A DNA stretch of 64,000 bases from Piromyces finnis finn (lineage: Eukaryota > Fungi > Neocallimastigomycota). The number at the start of each line of letters is the position of its first letter. Positions within the stretch are counted from its first letter, which is position 1. The position numbers were made by a program, and so were the translations under genes. Below, piece by piece: positions 26,453 through 36,953 of this stretch. The notes under the pieces were generated by a model, which was not told the DNA's origin, ran no database searches, and saw only the letters and a list, made by a program, of their open reading frames with translations. The stretch covers positions 186,001-250,000 of the forward strand of contig MCFH01000068.1 in NCBI GenBank assembly GCA_002104945.1, written 5' to 3'.

Positions 26453-26944
26453 AGTAATTAATTACAATTGTATAATTAGTATTAATAATATTAGATTATT
26501 AATAAAGTTTATAATAAAACATTTTTTATTTAATTAAAAACTGATTACCTAGCGAAGGCTCTGGTTAAATAACCTTCGTGGTAAAGTAATCAGCAGTTGT
26601 CATAGTTTCGAAGATAAATTTATTATTTAAATAAATAAAAAAGTATTAAAAAATAAATTGGAATTTTTTTTGTTTTGTATTGTTGTTTTGTTAGCACAGA
26701 CCTAAATCCAATAATTTAATTTAAAGGTTAGATTTAAATTAAATATTTTACAATTTTCCAACTTTTTAGAATAGTGGATTTACCTTTGTGTGGGAAATAA
26801 AAAAAAAAAAAAAAAAAAAAAAAAATTTAAATAGTGAGAATTTAATATTAGAATTAAATTCGGGGATATATATATAGGAAAAAAAAAAAAAAAAAAAAAT
26901 TTGTGAATAATAGTAGAATAAATATAATAGATAGAATAGTATTA

Positions 26945-26982
<38 letters not shown>

Positions 26983-27089
26983 GATTTTAGAATAGAAAGG
27001 AATTTGTAGGATTTGGATAATCGAGGATTAAAATTTTGGAAATAAGGAATAGTTTAGATTGTATTGTTTGGTGGATAATATATTTTAGT

Positions 27090-30000
27090 ATGAACGGGGA
27101 ATATAGGTATATCGACAACTGTAATGGTAATGGAGTAGCTGGAATCAGTGACGACGATTCTGAGGCTAGCTCCATGGAAATAGAACATGAGGATGGCGAA
27201 ATCGTCAACGCCAGGGATAACCTCATACCAAGACCACCGAAGTTTTATGGAAAAAGGAATGAGTTAGCAAGTTTCTTTGCTAAACTCGAAAAATATTTCA
27301 AGTACAATCTAAGACAGAATGCTACCGAAGCTTACAAGATTGATGTACTTAGTTGCTATTTAGAAGGACCCGCCGCCGAATGGTATGCCGACTTGGAGAA
27401 AGAAGAAAGCCCTTTAATAAAATCTTATGAAGACCTTAAAGCCGCAATGCAAGCAAGGTACCGAACGTGCACGAGTTCTGATGTGGCTAATAGAAGATTA
27501 ACGAAGCTCAACTACAAGCAATTCAAAAGTGTGATGGATTACTGCGACTGTTTCGAAAAAACCTCTAGGGACTCGTCTTTTGACGATGAAGCCAAGATAC
27601 ATTTCTTTGTAGAAGGATTGCCGCCGTCTGTTCAGGAGAAGACAAAACTAGTATATCCTAAGATAAGAAAGCTGTATGATCTAATCAATACTGTAGCTGC
27701 TAATATTGAGGAAGACTGGAGAATCTACGGAAAGGACCCAATGAATATAGATGGAGAAAGAGGAAGAAGATATAACCGGAATCTAGGAAAGCGACTCTAC
27801 CAAGGGAATTATGGGATGAAATTCAACAACTACCGAGACTTTCATCACGAGGAAAAAGTACAAAAGACCAAGAAATGCTTCATTTGTAAATCAACAGGAC
27901 ATTTGAAGAAGGATTGCCCAATGCTCAAAGATAAATTGGCAAACCGCCCAAAAGCATTCATGATCAAGGAAAACAGAAAACAGCACTTGTTGAATGTTTT
28001 CGATGTTGTACTTCATGTCAATCGAGGAATCTCACTAAATGCGTTAGTTGACTCAGGATCCGACTTGGAATTCATGGATTGGAAAACGGTCAATAAATAT
28101 AGAATACCAATCCAAAGGATGATGAAAGACAAGTTTGTGGAAGGACTGGGAGGAAATGGATTACTGAAGTATGAAACGATCCCGTTGATCATGTCTATCG
28201 GCAATCACAAGGAGTCTATTCAATTTTATATTACGACTCTACCTTCAGACGTATCACTTATTTTAGGAAACAAATGGCTAAGAAAACATGATCCGATTAT
28301 AAGTTTTAAGAATCAAAAATTAGAGTTTAAGTCTGAATTTTGTAAGACGAATTGTTGCGCTACGGATGAAGAAATAAATGAAAGAATTGAACAAAATAAA
28401 TTAAAGGAAGAGGAAGATAAAAGAAAGAGATTAGAGTTAGCTGAAGAAATTATTAATAATTATAAGAATAGTTTAGTTATTAGAGATAGTAAACTTAAAA
28501 ATAAAGAAAATGTATTAGTAATAGAAAAGAAAAAGAAAAAGTCATGTATAAATAAAAAATGTAAAACATCAAAATTAAATAAAATTCTTCATCAAAAATA
28601 CTTAGTATGTTGTGCGATTACAAGTGATAATGATGGTACACCTGAAGTCCCAAATGAATACAAAGAATTTAAAAATGTATTTGATGAAATTGAGTGTAAT
28701 GAGTTACCTCCTCATCGAATATATGACTGTAAGATTAAATTAAAGGATGATAATGAATTATTTTATGGACCATTATATCCTCTAACCGAGGAAGAGAGGG
28801 AAACGTTAAAGGAATATTTAAAAGAAAATCTAGAAAAAGGATTCATAAGACCCTCAACTTCACCTGCTGGAGCACCTGTACTGTTCGTTAGGAAAAAGGA
28901 TGGAACTTTAAGATTGTGTGTTGACTACCGAAGACTCAATGAAAACACAATTAGGGATTCATATCCGTTACCTCTTATATCCGAATTATTCGATAGATTA
29001 AGAGAAGCCAAAGTTTTTACTAAACTTGATCTCAAGTCTGCTTATAATCTAGTTCGAATAAATGAAGACGATGAATATAAAACTGCATTTAGGACAAGAT
29101 TCGGTCACTTTGAATATCTTGTCATGCCGTTCGGATTAAAAAACGCTCCTGCAACCTTCCAACATTTTATCAATGATGTCCTCGGGGAATATTTGGATGA
29201 ATTCGCGTTTTCTTATATTGATGATATTCTTATCTATTCAAAAGACTTAAAAGAACACCGAACTCACGTAAAGAAAGTCCTTAAAAAATTACAAGAAAAT
29301 GGGTTATATGTAAAATTAAGCAAATGCGAATTTGAAACGAATAAAACGTCATTTTTAGGTCACATAATTTCGGACAAGGGCATCTCCATGGATCCAAAGA
29401 AGGTAGAAGCAATTATGAATTGGCCAATTCCAAAGACTGTAAAGGAAGTTCAATCATTTTTGGGTTTATGCAATTACTATAGAAGATTCATTCCGAACTT
29501 TGCAGAAATAGCGAAACCTTTGCACAATCTAACAAAGAAAAATGTAGTTTTTGACTGGACTATAATTTGTAATAATGCTTTTGAGAAGTTAAAGCAGTGC
29601 TTCACTGAAGAACCCATTTTAGTACATGCCGATCCAGAATTACCTTATATAGTGGAAACTGATGCTAGTGATTTTGCAATTGGTGCAGTATTATCTCAAA
29701 GATTAAACAATAAGGAACTACATCCAATTTGTTATTTTTCAAGAGGACTTACTAAGTCAGAAAAGAACTATCCGATCTACGATAAAGAATTATTAGCGGT
29801 TATATGTGCACTTAAAGAATGGAGACATTATTTGGAAGGAGCTAAGCATCAATTCACTGTGTTTACAGATCACAAGAATCTTACCTTTCCAAGAAAGCCT
29901 GAATTATTATCTCAAAGACAAATTCGATGGAATTTGTTCTTAACTCGTTACGACTTCAAACTCCAATACAGACCAGGAAAAGAGGGAGGAAAACCGGACT

Positions 30001-31574
30001 CATTTTCAAGAAGACCTGACTTTCAAAAAGAGGAAATTAAAGATGAAGAAACATTTTCTTGCTTAACTATAAAAGAAATTAAGGAAAACTTATGTTGTAT
30101 TGCAATCCAAGGAAATCTTAAAGAAGAATTAATCAAAGAAGTTAAAGAAGATACAGAAATACAAGAATTAACAAAAATTCTACAAGGGAATTCTATTGCA
30201 AGCAGAAAGTATAAAAAGCTTATGAAGAACTTTAAATTAAATGAAGAAGGTATTCTTTTGTATAAAGGATTAATTTTCGTACCAACTAAAATGAGAGAAA
30301 ACATAATTTCAATTCATCATGATAATCCAGTTCATGGCCATTTTGGTATTATCAAAACCAAAGAATTAATAACAAGAAATTTCATTTGGTTAAACATGAC
30401 TCAAGATATAGTAAAGTATATAGCTTCTTGCAAGACTTGTGGTGCAGCTAAAGACAATCGCCATAAACCTTATGGATTATTGCAACCTCTACCTACTCCT
30501 AGTAGACCTTGGTCCTCGGTATCGATGGATTTCATAACTGATTTACCAAGATCTCATCAGAAAACGGTTATAATGGTTGTGGTTGACAGACTAACAAAAA
30601 TGGCTCACTTTATTCCATTCAGAATGATTCCAACTGCTCAAATTGCAGCAGATGTCTTCTTTAGAGAAATTTTCCGATTACATGGATTGCCAGACGAAAT
30701 TATATCTGATAGAGGAACGCAATTCACTTCTGAATTTTGGCAACGTTTATGTTGCCTATTAAATATCAAACATAATGTTTCAAGTGCTCACCATCCACAA
30801 TCCGATGGTCAAACTGAACGAGTTAATAGCATTCTAGAACAATTCTTAAGATGTTATATCAATAAAAGAAAAGACAACTGGATGAATCTCTTACCTTATG
30901 CGGAATTTGCATACAATAATACACTACAACAATCGATTAACCAAACACCTTTCTTTGCTAACTATGGTCAAAATCCAAGATTTGATTTAGAAATTCCAGC
31001 TGATAGTGGTAATAGAAGTGCTAACCGTCACGCCTCTCAAATGCAAAACAACATTAAATTTTTAAAGAAAAATTTAGAAAAAGCTAAACAAAGATACAAG
31101 AAATATGCTGATTGTATAAGACTTATTGGTCCGAAATTGAGAATTGGTGATTTAGTTTGGTTAAAGCGTCCTGATTTACTTCCTAAAGGACCTCCTAAAT
31201 TAACTGATAAAAAACTTGGACCTTTTGAAATCATCGAAAAGACTGGACCAGTTTCTTATAAGTTAAGATTACCTGAGTCTTTTAGATGTCATCCTGTTTT
31301 CCATATCTCGAATTTAGAACCTTTTGTAGTGAGAGAAAATAGTGATAATTTGCAACATTCTATCAAGATACCTAATATCGCTACTGATTCATCTGTAGAA
31401 AGAATTCCATTGAAAATAGTTAGTGAAAAAATTGTCAATGGAATCAAGTATTATTTCATGGTTTGGAAAGATCATCTTCCTTCAGAAAGTTCTTGGCTTA
31501 GAGAAGATGAAATTGAGGACCCTCAAATGATTCAAGAATTTCTTAAACACAAGTCGCTCAGGGGCTCGACTTAA
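27090..31574 (+). CDS. gag-pol: E single-ORF gag-pol polyprotein (1494 aa from first ATG): gag, CCHC, PR, RT, RNase H, integrase, chromodomain-like
   Basis: Uninterrupted ORF with CFICKSTGHLKKDC, LVDSGS, YIDD, ETDAS, H...H/C..C, MDF/SDRG/E, GPF and a C-terminal YYFMVWK...SW. Confidence 0.95.
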   Translation: MNGEYRYIDNCNGNGVAGISDDDSEASSMEIEHEDGEIVNARDNLIPRPPKFYGKRNELASFFAKLEKYFKYNLRQNATEAYKIDVLSCYLEGPAAEWYADLEKEESPLIKSYEDLKAAMQARYRTCTSSDVANRRLTKLNYKQFKSVMDYCDCFEKTSRDSSFDDEAKIHFFVEGLPPSVQEKTKLVYPKIRKLYDLINTVAANIEEDWRIYGKDPMNIDGERGRRYNRNLGKRLYQGNYGMKFNNYRDFHHEEKVQKTKKCFICKSTGHLKKDCPMLKDKLANRPKAFMIKENRKQHLLNVFDVVLHVNRGISLNALVDSGSDLEFMDWKTVNKYRIPIQRMMKDKFVEGLGGNGLLKYETIPLIMSIGNHKESIQFYITTLPSDVSLILGNKWLRKHDPIISFKNQKLEFKSEFCKTNCCATDEEINERIEQNKLKEEEDKRKRLELAEEIINNYKNSLVIRDSKLKNKENVLVIEKKKKKSCINKKCKTSKLNKILHQKYLVCCAITSDNDGTPEVPNEYKEFKNVFDEIECNELPPHRIYDCKIKLKDDNELFYGPLYPLTEEERETLKEYLKENLEKGFIRPSTSPAGAPVLFVRKKDGTLRLCVDYRRLNENTIRDSYPLPLISELFDRLREAKVFTKLDLKSAYNLVRINEDDEYKTAFRTRFGHFEYLVMPFGLKNAPATFQHFINDVLGEYLDEFAFSYIDDILIYSKDLKEHRTHVKKVLKKLQENGLYVKLSKCEFETNKTSFLGHIISDKGISMDPKKVEAIMNWPIPKTVKEVQSFLGLCNYYRRFIPNFAEIAKPLHNLTKKNVVFDWTIICNNAFEKLKQCFTEEPILVHADPELPYIVETDASDFAIGAVLSQRLNNKELHPICYFSRGLTKSEKNYPIYDKELLAVICALKEWRHYLEGAKHQFTVFTDHKNLTFPRKPELLSQRQIRWNLFLTRYDFKLQYRPGKEGGKPDSFSRRPDFQKEEIKDEETFSCLTIKEIKENLCCIAIQGNLKEELIKEVKEDTEIQELTKILQGNSIASRKYKKLMKNFKLNEEGILLYKGLIFVPTKMRENIISIHHDNPVHGHFGIIKTKELITRNFIWLNMTQDIVKYIASCKTCGAAKDNRHKPYGLLQPLPTPSRPWSSVSMDFITDLPRSHQKTVIMVVVDRLTKMAHFIPFRMIPTAQIAADVFFREIFRLHGLPDEIISDRGTQFTSEFWQRLCCLLNIKHNVSSAHHPQSDGQTERVNSILEQFLRCYINKRKDNWMNLLPYAEFAYNNTLQQSINQTPFFANYGQNPRFDLEIPADSGNRSANRHASQMQNNIKFLKKNLEKAKQRYKKYADCIRLIGPKLRIGDLVWLKRPDLLPKGPPKLTDKKLGPFEIIEKTGPVSYKLRLPESFRCHPVFHISNLEPFVVRENSDNLQHSIKIPNIATDSSVERIPLKIVSEKIVNGIKYYFMVWKDHLPSESSWLREDEIEDPQMIQEFLKHKSLRGST

Positions 31575-32445
31575 GAAGAGGGGAATGTAAAATATTGTAT
31601 TAGTTAAATGTATTAGTTAAATAATGTATTTAATACGTATGTAGATCAATGTATAATGTATTGAATTAATGTACCGTAAATTTTACAAAAATTTACATCA
31701 CAATACATTAACATAAATTTATGTAAATTTAATTTTATGATAAGATAAAGTTTTGATGATAAAATAAAATTTTAAAATTAAATAATTTTTAACCAATAAA
31801 TATTTGAGATAAGAAAAAAAAAAAAAAAAAAAATTTTTTTTATAAACTAAGCCTCAAAATTAGAAATAAATAAATTAAATATATGTTTGAAATATAATCA
31901 ACCATATAGTAAATAAATCAAAACTTTATTTTAAGCTTAGAAAATTCTTTAGTAAATAAATTGAATTTAAATAGTTTAATACAAATAATTTCTTTTAATA
32001 AATGTATAAATGTAAACAATGTAAAATTATAATATTAAAACATGTATATTAGAATTTATTCAATTTATTTAAAAAGTATAAATAAAGAAAATTTCTCAAC
32101 TATTGAAACGATAGTTGGAAAATAGTAATTAATTACAATTGTATAATTAGTATTAATAATATTAGATTATTAATAAAGTTTATAATAAAACATTTTTTAT
32201 TTAATTAAAAACTGATTACCTAGCGAAGGCTCTGGTTAAATAACCTTCGTGGTAAAGTAATCAGCAGTTGTCATAGTTTCGAAGATAAATTTATTATTTA
32301 AATAAATAAAAAAGTATTAAAAAATAAATTGGAATTTTTTTTGTTTTGTATTGTTGTTTTGTTAGCACAGACCTAAATCCAATAATTTAATTTAAAGGTT
32401 AGATTTAAATTAAATATTTTACAATATTAGGATACATTTTTCCTT

Positions 32446-32977
32446 GTCGTTCCAGTTTTTATCCTGGTTGTTAAGGCGTTTCCTTAGCATACATAAGGCT
32501 TCTGGTTCGACCCCGCAGATGTCAGTGCCTGTGGATTTTCCCACTGGGTTTGCCATGGGTTGGGTTATGATATTCAGGTAAGTATAAATGAACTTTCTAA
32601 TTTACTACTATGATAATAACACTCGTCTAGCCGGCCTGAGAGGGTCTAGTGTACATGGTACATTCCAAATTAGAACTTAATAAGTGGTGACTTAGGCTAT
32701 GCCAAAAACACATAATATTCCTTAATCAATTTAAGTGTAAACATTAGGGGGCGGTTGACACGTGATCAAATTGACTATAAGAGGCTTAGCATTATAGTTG
32801 TGAAATATCGTACAACGACATGCATCTAATGTACATGGATTAAGTGAGCGTCGAAGCTGAAGAAACAGTATGACAGACCAGGAGGGTCACAACCACCTAG
32901 CAATAGGAATGAGCCAACGTTTCTCTAAGAACCACCATTGGAGCTAACTCTGATCGATGGGAGAAATGCACTCGGAA

Positions 32978-33007
<30 letters not shown>
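32446..33007 (+). mobile_element. tRNA-headed SINE with poly(A) tail and 12-bp TSD ACATTTTTCCTT
   Basis: A-box-like GGTTGTTAAGGCG and B-box GGTTCGACCCC. A-run at 32981-33007. TSD at 32434-32445 and 33008-33019. Confidence 0.88.
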
Positions 33008-33009
<2 letters not shown>

Positions 33010-34563
33010 ATTTTTCCTTATTTTTCGTAACAGTGTATTTTTTATTTAAAAGCTATGCATTAAGTCATTCTGGAAAAGATTTTTCTGAATTATTATTGTC
33101 AGATAATAATATTTTTGATTATGAAAATATAAAGAATCTCATAGTATTTGGGTAAGTTTTATTATTGTATGGTTATACAAAATCATTTCATTTATTTATT
33201 ATGTTTTCCTTTTAAAATATATTATGCTTGTCAAAAAAAGTGATTCTCATTCTTACTCTATGACAAATTGGAATGATATGGTAATTTATTTGAAATATCA
33301 TTGATTTATAAATGATGTTTAACAAAAATATCAGATAGCTTACTTAAAAAAATTTTAAATATATTCACATTTAATATTATATTACCTCTAAAAGACATAT
33401 TCACTCTATGATCGTTGGTCAATGTGCCTTTCTAAAATAGGAAATATGAAACTTTGGAATTTTGCAGAAGCTGGAGCTGTTATCGATTTAAATGTGTAAT
33501 AAAATATTTAAACATTATATATAGACATTTCTATTCTATCTATTAATCTATTAAAAATATATATATTTTTGGTAAATAAAAAAGAACATATAGGAGCCAT
33601 TATCCTATTGATTTCATAAAACAATATGAATTATTTTATGAACGTATGTCACATGAAAAGAGGTATTTTGATCAATGGAATGGAACCAATACGTTATTTG
33701 CAATATATTTAGGTGCCAATGATATTAGTGTTTTAAATACTAATAAAACAGTTAATAATCAGCAATATGTAAATAATAATAAAGCAATTAATGAGAATTT
33801 AAGATACATTATCAATATCATGTTTAAAAAAATTGAAAATATGTATGAAGTTGGTGGAAGAAACTTTATGATTTTAAATGTATTTCCAATAGATTTAGCC
33901 CCAGTAAATGATAATGGAAAGTATAATTATTTGAAAGAAGAAGTTTTATACTTCAACTCATTATTAAGTGAAAAATCTAAAACTTTATTTAATAAATATT
34001 CAGATATCAATGTCATTGTTTATAATACTCATGAAGAATATAAATATATATTAGGAAATAGTACTAAGTTTAATTTCAAATTCATAAATAAATTATGTAA
34101 ATTTAATAAAAAGAGCAAAAGAAGAAATTGCAATAAATATTTCTGGTATGATCCTACACATATAACTAAAAAGGGAAATACAATTTTAGCAGAAGATATA
34201 AATGAATTATTAAAATCTATCAATAAATAAATAAAAAAAGTGTAAATGTGAACTATAGAAAAATATGAAATTCATTATTAAAAGTAAATAGTAATTTTGT
34301 TCCTGTAATATAAATAGTCTAAAATAAAACTAAAATTAATTTGTATCTAACTAAAGATCTTTTAAAAATAATAGTTAACTAAATCATTATATATTTTGTG
34401 TATAGGCCAAATTAAAATATCTTATAAAATCGATTTTTTTAAAAAAAATTATTGTTTATTTTTACATATAAATATGATTGTATGATATTTGGCTAAATAT
34501 ATGGTTGTTAGTAGATGTATTAAATTTGATATTTTCAGTTATAAATAAATATATATGATGCTA

Positions 34564-34828
34564 TTTTTAACTTCTGAGTGCGTAAGCCCCATAGTGAATC
34601 ATTTCTATTTTTAAGTGGTTGTGATCCTCCTGGTTTGTCATACTGAATATTAGATACATGTTGTACGATATCTCCAATCATAATATTAAGCCTCATCTCA
34701 ATTTAATCACGTATCGCCCCTAATGTTGCTTGTGTATTTGATATAGCCTAAATCACCACTTATAAAGTTATAATTTGAAATGTACCATGTACACTTTGAC
34801 CCTCTCAGGCCGGCTAGACGAATGTTAT
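34564..34828 (-). mobile_element. Older 5'-truncated copy of the same SINE
   Basis: Reverse complement matches 32615-32900 (CTAGCCGGCCTGAGAGGGTC...) and the GCACTC(G/A)GAAGTT+A(n) end. Confidence 0.82.
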
Positions 34829-36089
34829 TTTTTAATAAAGAATAAAATCTTATTTATTTTTTATATAAGTTTTTTATATTATTGACATTTTGTTATTACG
34901 ATAGTATATTAAAATGATAAAAGTTGCTTTGTTTAAAACATTCAAATATTTTAAAGAAATGTTTTATCTACCTAAAAAGAAAAGTTACTTTTAATTCTTT
35001 TATTACTAAAATTTATAAAACAAATATAAAAAGAATATTTTATTTTAAATATTTAAAATGAAAAACTTTAAATAGAAACATTTATTTTACCATTTTATTA
35101 ACATTGTTAATGTATATAATTCTTGAAAATATTATGTAAAGCAGAATAATAAATAAGCATTATCTATATAATACATTTTTAGAATATTGTCATTTTACAT
35201 TGTTTATATTATTTTTGCATAAATTAGTTTTTATTTTATATCTTAATTAAAAATTAACAAAGTATTTAAATTATGAAAAAATAATAATTAAAAACCCTTT
35301 TCTTATTGAATTAAAAATAATTATTAAAGAAAAGACATATTTTTACTTGAACCCTTAAAATTGAAATTATGCTAAATTGTAAATTGCGGTAATAACAATT
35401 TATGTTTAACTTTTTTTTTCATTTAATTATCAAGTAATTTCTTGATATTGTTTTTCTTTTGCCTACAACCTTGTTTATGGGTTAAAATATATAAAAATGC
35501 ATTTTATACTGCAAAAGAAATGTTGTTTATCTATAATTTTGAATATTATTCAATTGTTAATTATTCGAAAAAAAAAAGAAAGCTAAAGTATATTAAGTTT
35601 TATAATTAAAAAATAAATTATATTAAGCAAGCAACTATTCGTGTATTCACTTCACATTTCAAACAACAATTAAATATTATATAAAACAATAAAACAATTA
35701 ATTAGTAATTAGTAACAGAATAAAATGAAGTGTTAATATTGAATCTTTTTTTGTTTGTTATTTCTATATTCATTTTAACCATTCCTGATAAAAGTAAAAG
35801 ACTATAATTTATTTTTTCAATTATGGCAAGATAGTTATTTAAAATTTGCATTTTTTCTTGTATAGAATTATCTATTAGTCTAGTATTCCTCTTAACAAAG
35901 TGTTATTTCATCAAAATATGCTTTTATCCATAAATACAGCAAAATCTTTGTTTAAAATCAAAACCATGATTAAACATTTCATAAAAAATTTCAAAAAGTT
36001 CTAACCCTTTGGAATTTGAATATTTTTATGATTGAGATTCCATCTTATAATAATAAAAAGTTGGAGCAAACGAATCACTAGCTAAGTTA

Positions 36090-36195
36090 GCTTGGAGGAC
36101 GTTAATCATATGACTATGGTAACGACGAAAGGGCAAAAGTTAGCTTTATTGAAGATCATCTAGGTGAAAAAGTATTGAGATGGTATTGTAATGAG
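36090..36195 (+). pseudogene. Possible decayed Gypsy gag scrap
   Basis: DERAKVSFIEDHLGEKVLRWY resembles the gag D..KV.F...L.G.A..W motif. Short and surrounded by stops. Confidence 0.35.
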
Positions 36196-36510
36196 AACTA
36201 GTGAAAAACCATTGTTATTGTAGGAAATAATAATAAATAAATAAATAAATAAAAACACAAAATTAAATAAACAATATTATTTGAGATTTATATTATTTTA
36301 TTTATTATTATTATTCAATATTAATAATAGTTCAAAAAAGCATAAAATAAAAATAATACATGGTTATTTATTCGTTAATTCTAATTCTATAATACATGAT
36401 CGGATTTTACATTAATTTAAAATTATCTAATTTATAATTATTCATACACCTAATTTAAATATAATTTATCTAACTATTCATTTAATTAAGATATAAATTA
36501 AAAGTAAATA

Positions 36511-36575
36511 GTAGGATTCGAACCAATTACATAATCCGTACTATACCAGAGCCAGGTACCACTGATCTATCCTAA
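36511..36575 (-). other. tRNA-like A-box/B-box cassette (not a functional tRNA)
   Basis: TAGATCAGTGGTA and GGTTCGAATCC at tRNA-like spacing, but no acceptor stem. Confidence 0.6.
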
Positions 36576-36953
36576 TGGTTATATCGATTGTAAGAAATAT
36601 TTGTGGTCATAAGTTTACTTATAAATATTTCAATTGAAACCTTGTGAAATATTTTGGAAATTATGGTTGGGAGATTGTGGTTCGTTAGAAAGCCACGTTC
36701 GAGATAAACAACATATCTTAAAATCAGGTCAATATCTCTGCTGGTTCACGAGATATTCTAATTCAAAGATATTTTGTTAGTAATGATTAATTGTTTACTA
36801 AGAGAATGATCACTCCTGATGTATCAAACATAAATCATTTACTCAAAAGGATATAAATTATTGTTTTAATTAAATTAAAATTATTTTCCGGAACTAATTA
36901 ACTTTATTTTATAATTATTATTTCAATAACATAACTTAAAATCTTTGAATTAG

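Larger units (their letters stand above)
25929..32423 (+). mobile_element. Element E: full-length young chromovirus, LTRs 25929-26752 and 31586-32423, TSD ATATT
   Basis: Direct LTRs whose only visible difference is an A-run (6 vs 20). ATATT at 25924-25928 and 32424-32428. PPT AAGAAGAGGGGAA. Confidence 0.96.
25893..34230 (+). pseudogene. Secreted GDSL/SGNH esterase (CE16-like) disrupted in its first exon by element E and a SINE
   Basis: Removing both inserts gives MDNIKSILFVYIRIHFSLFFVTVYFLFKSYA... Exons (to 33151, 33241-33280, 33395-33495, 33585-34230) join in frame across GT-AG introns and give VFG/DS, NFAEAGA, LGAND and DPTH blocks. Confidence 0.8.

Noticed and set aside
31814-31833. A-run difference between E LTRs as an age signal or insertion
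   Set aside because: Homopolymer length is unreliable in assemblies and prone to slippage.
32424-32465. E targeting the SINE Pol III promoter as Z does
   Set aside because: The offset (37 nt to the equivalent A-box position) differs from Z (24 nt), insertion order is unknown, and it is a single case.
36600-36830. LINE endonuclease remnant on the minus strand
   Set aside because: The motif-like pieces are in the wrong order and broken by stops.
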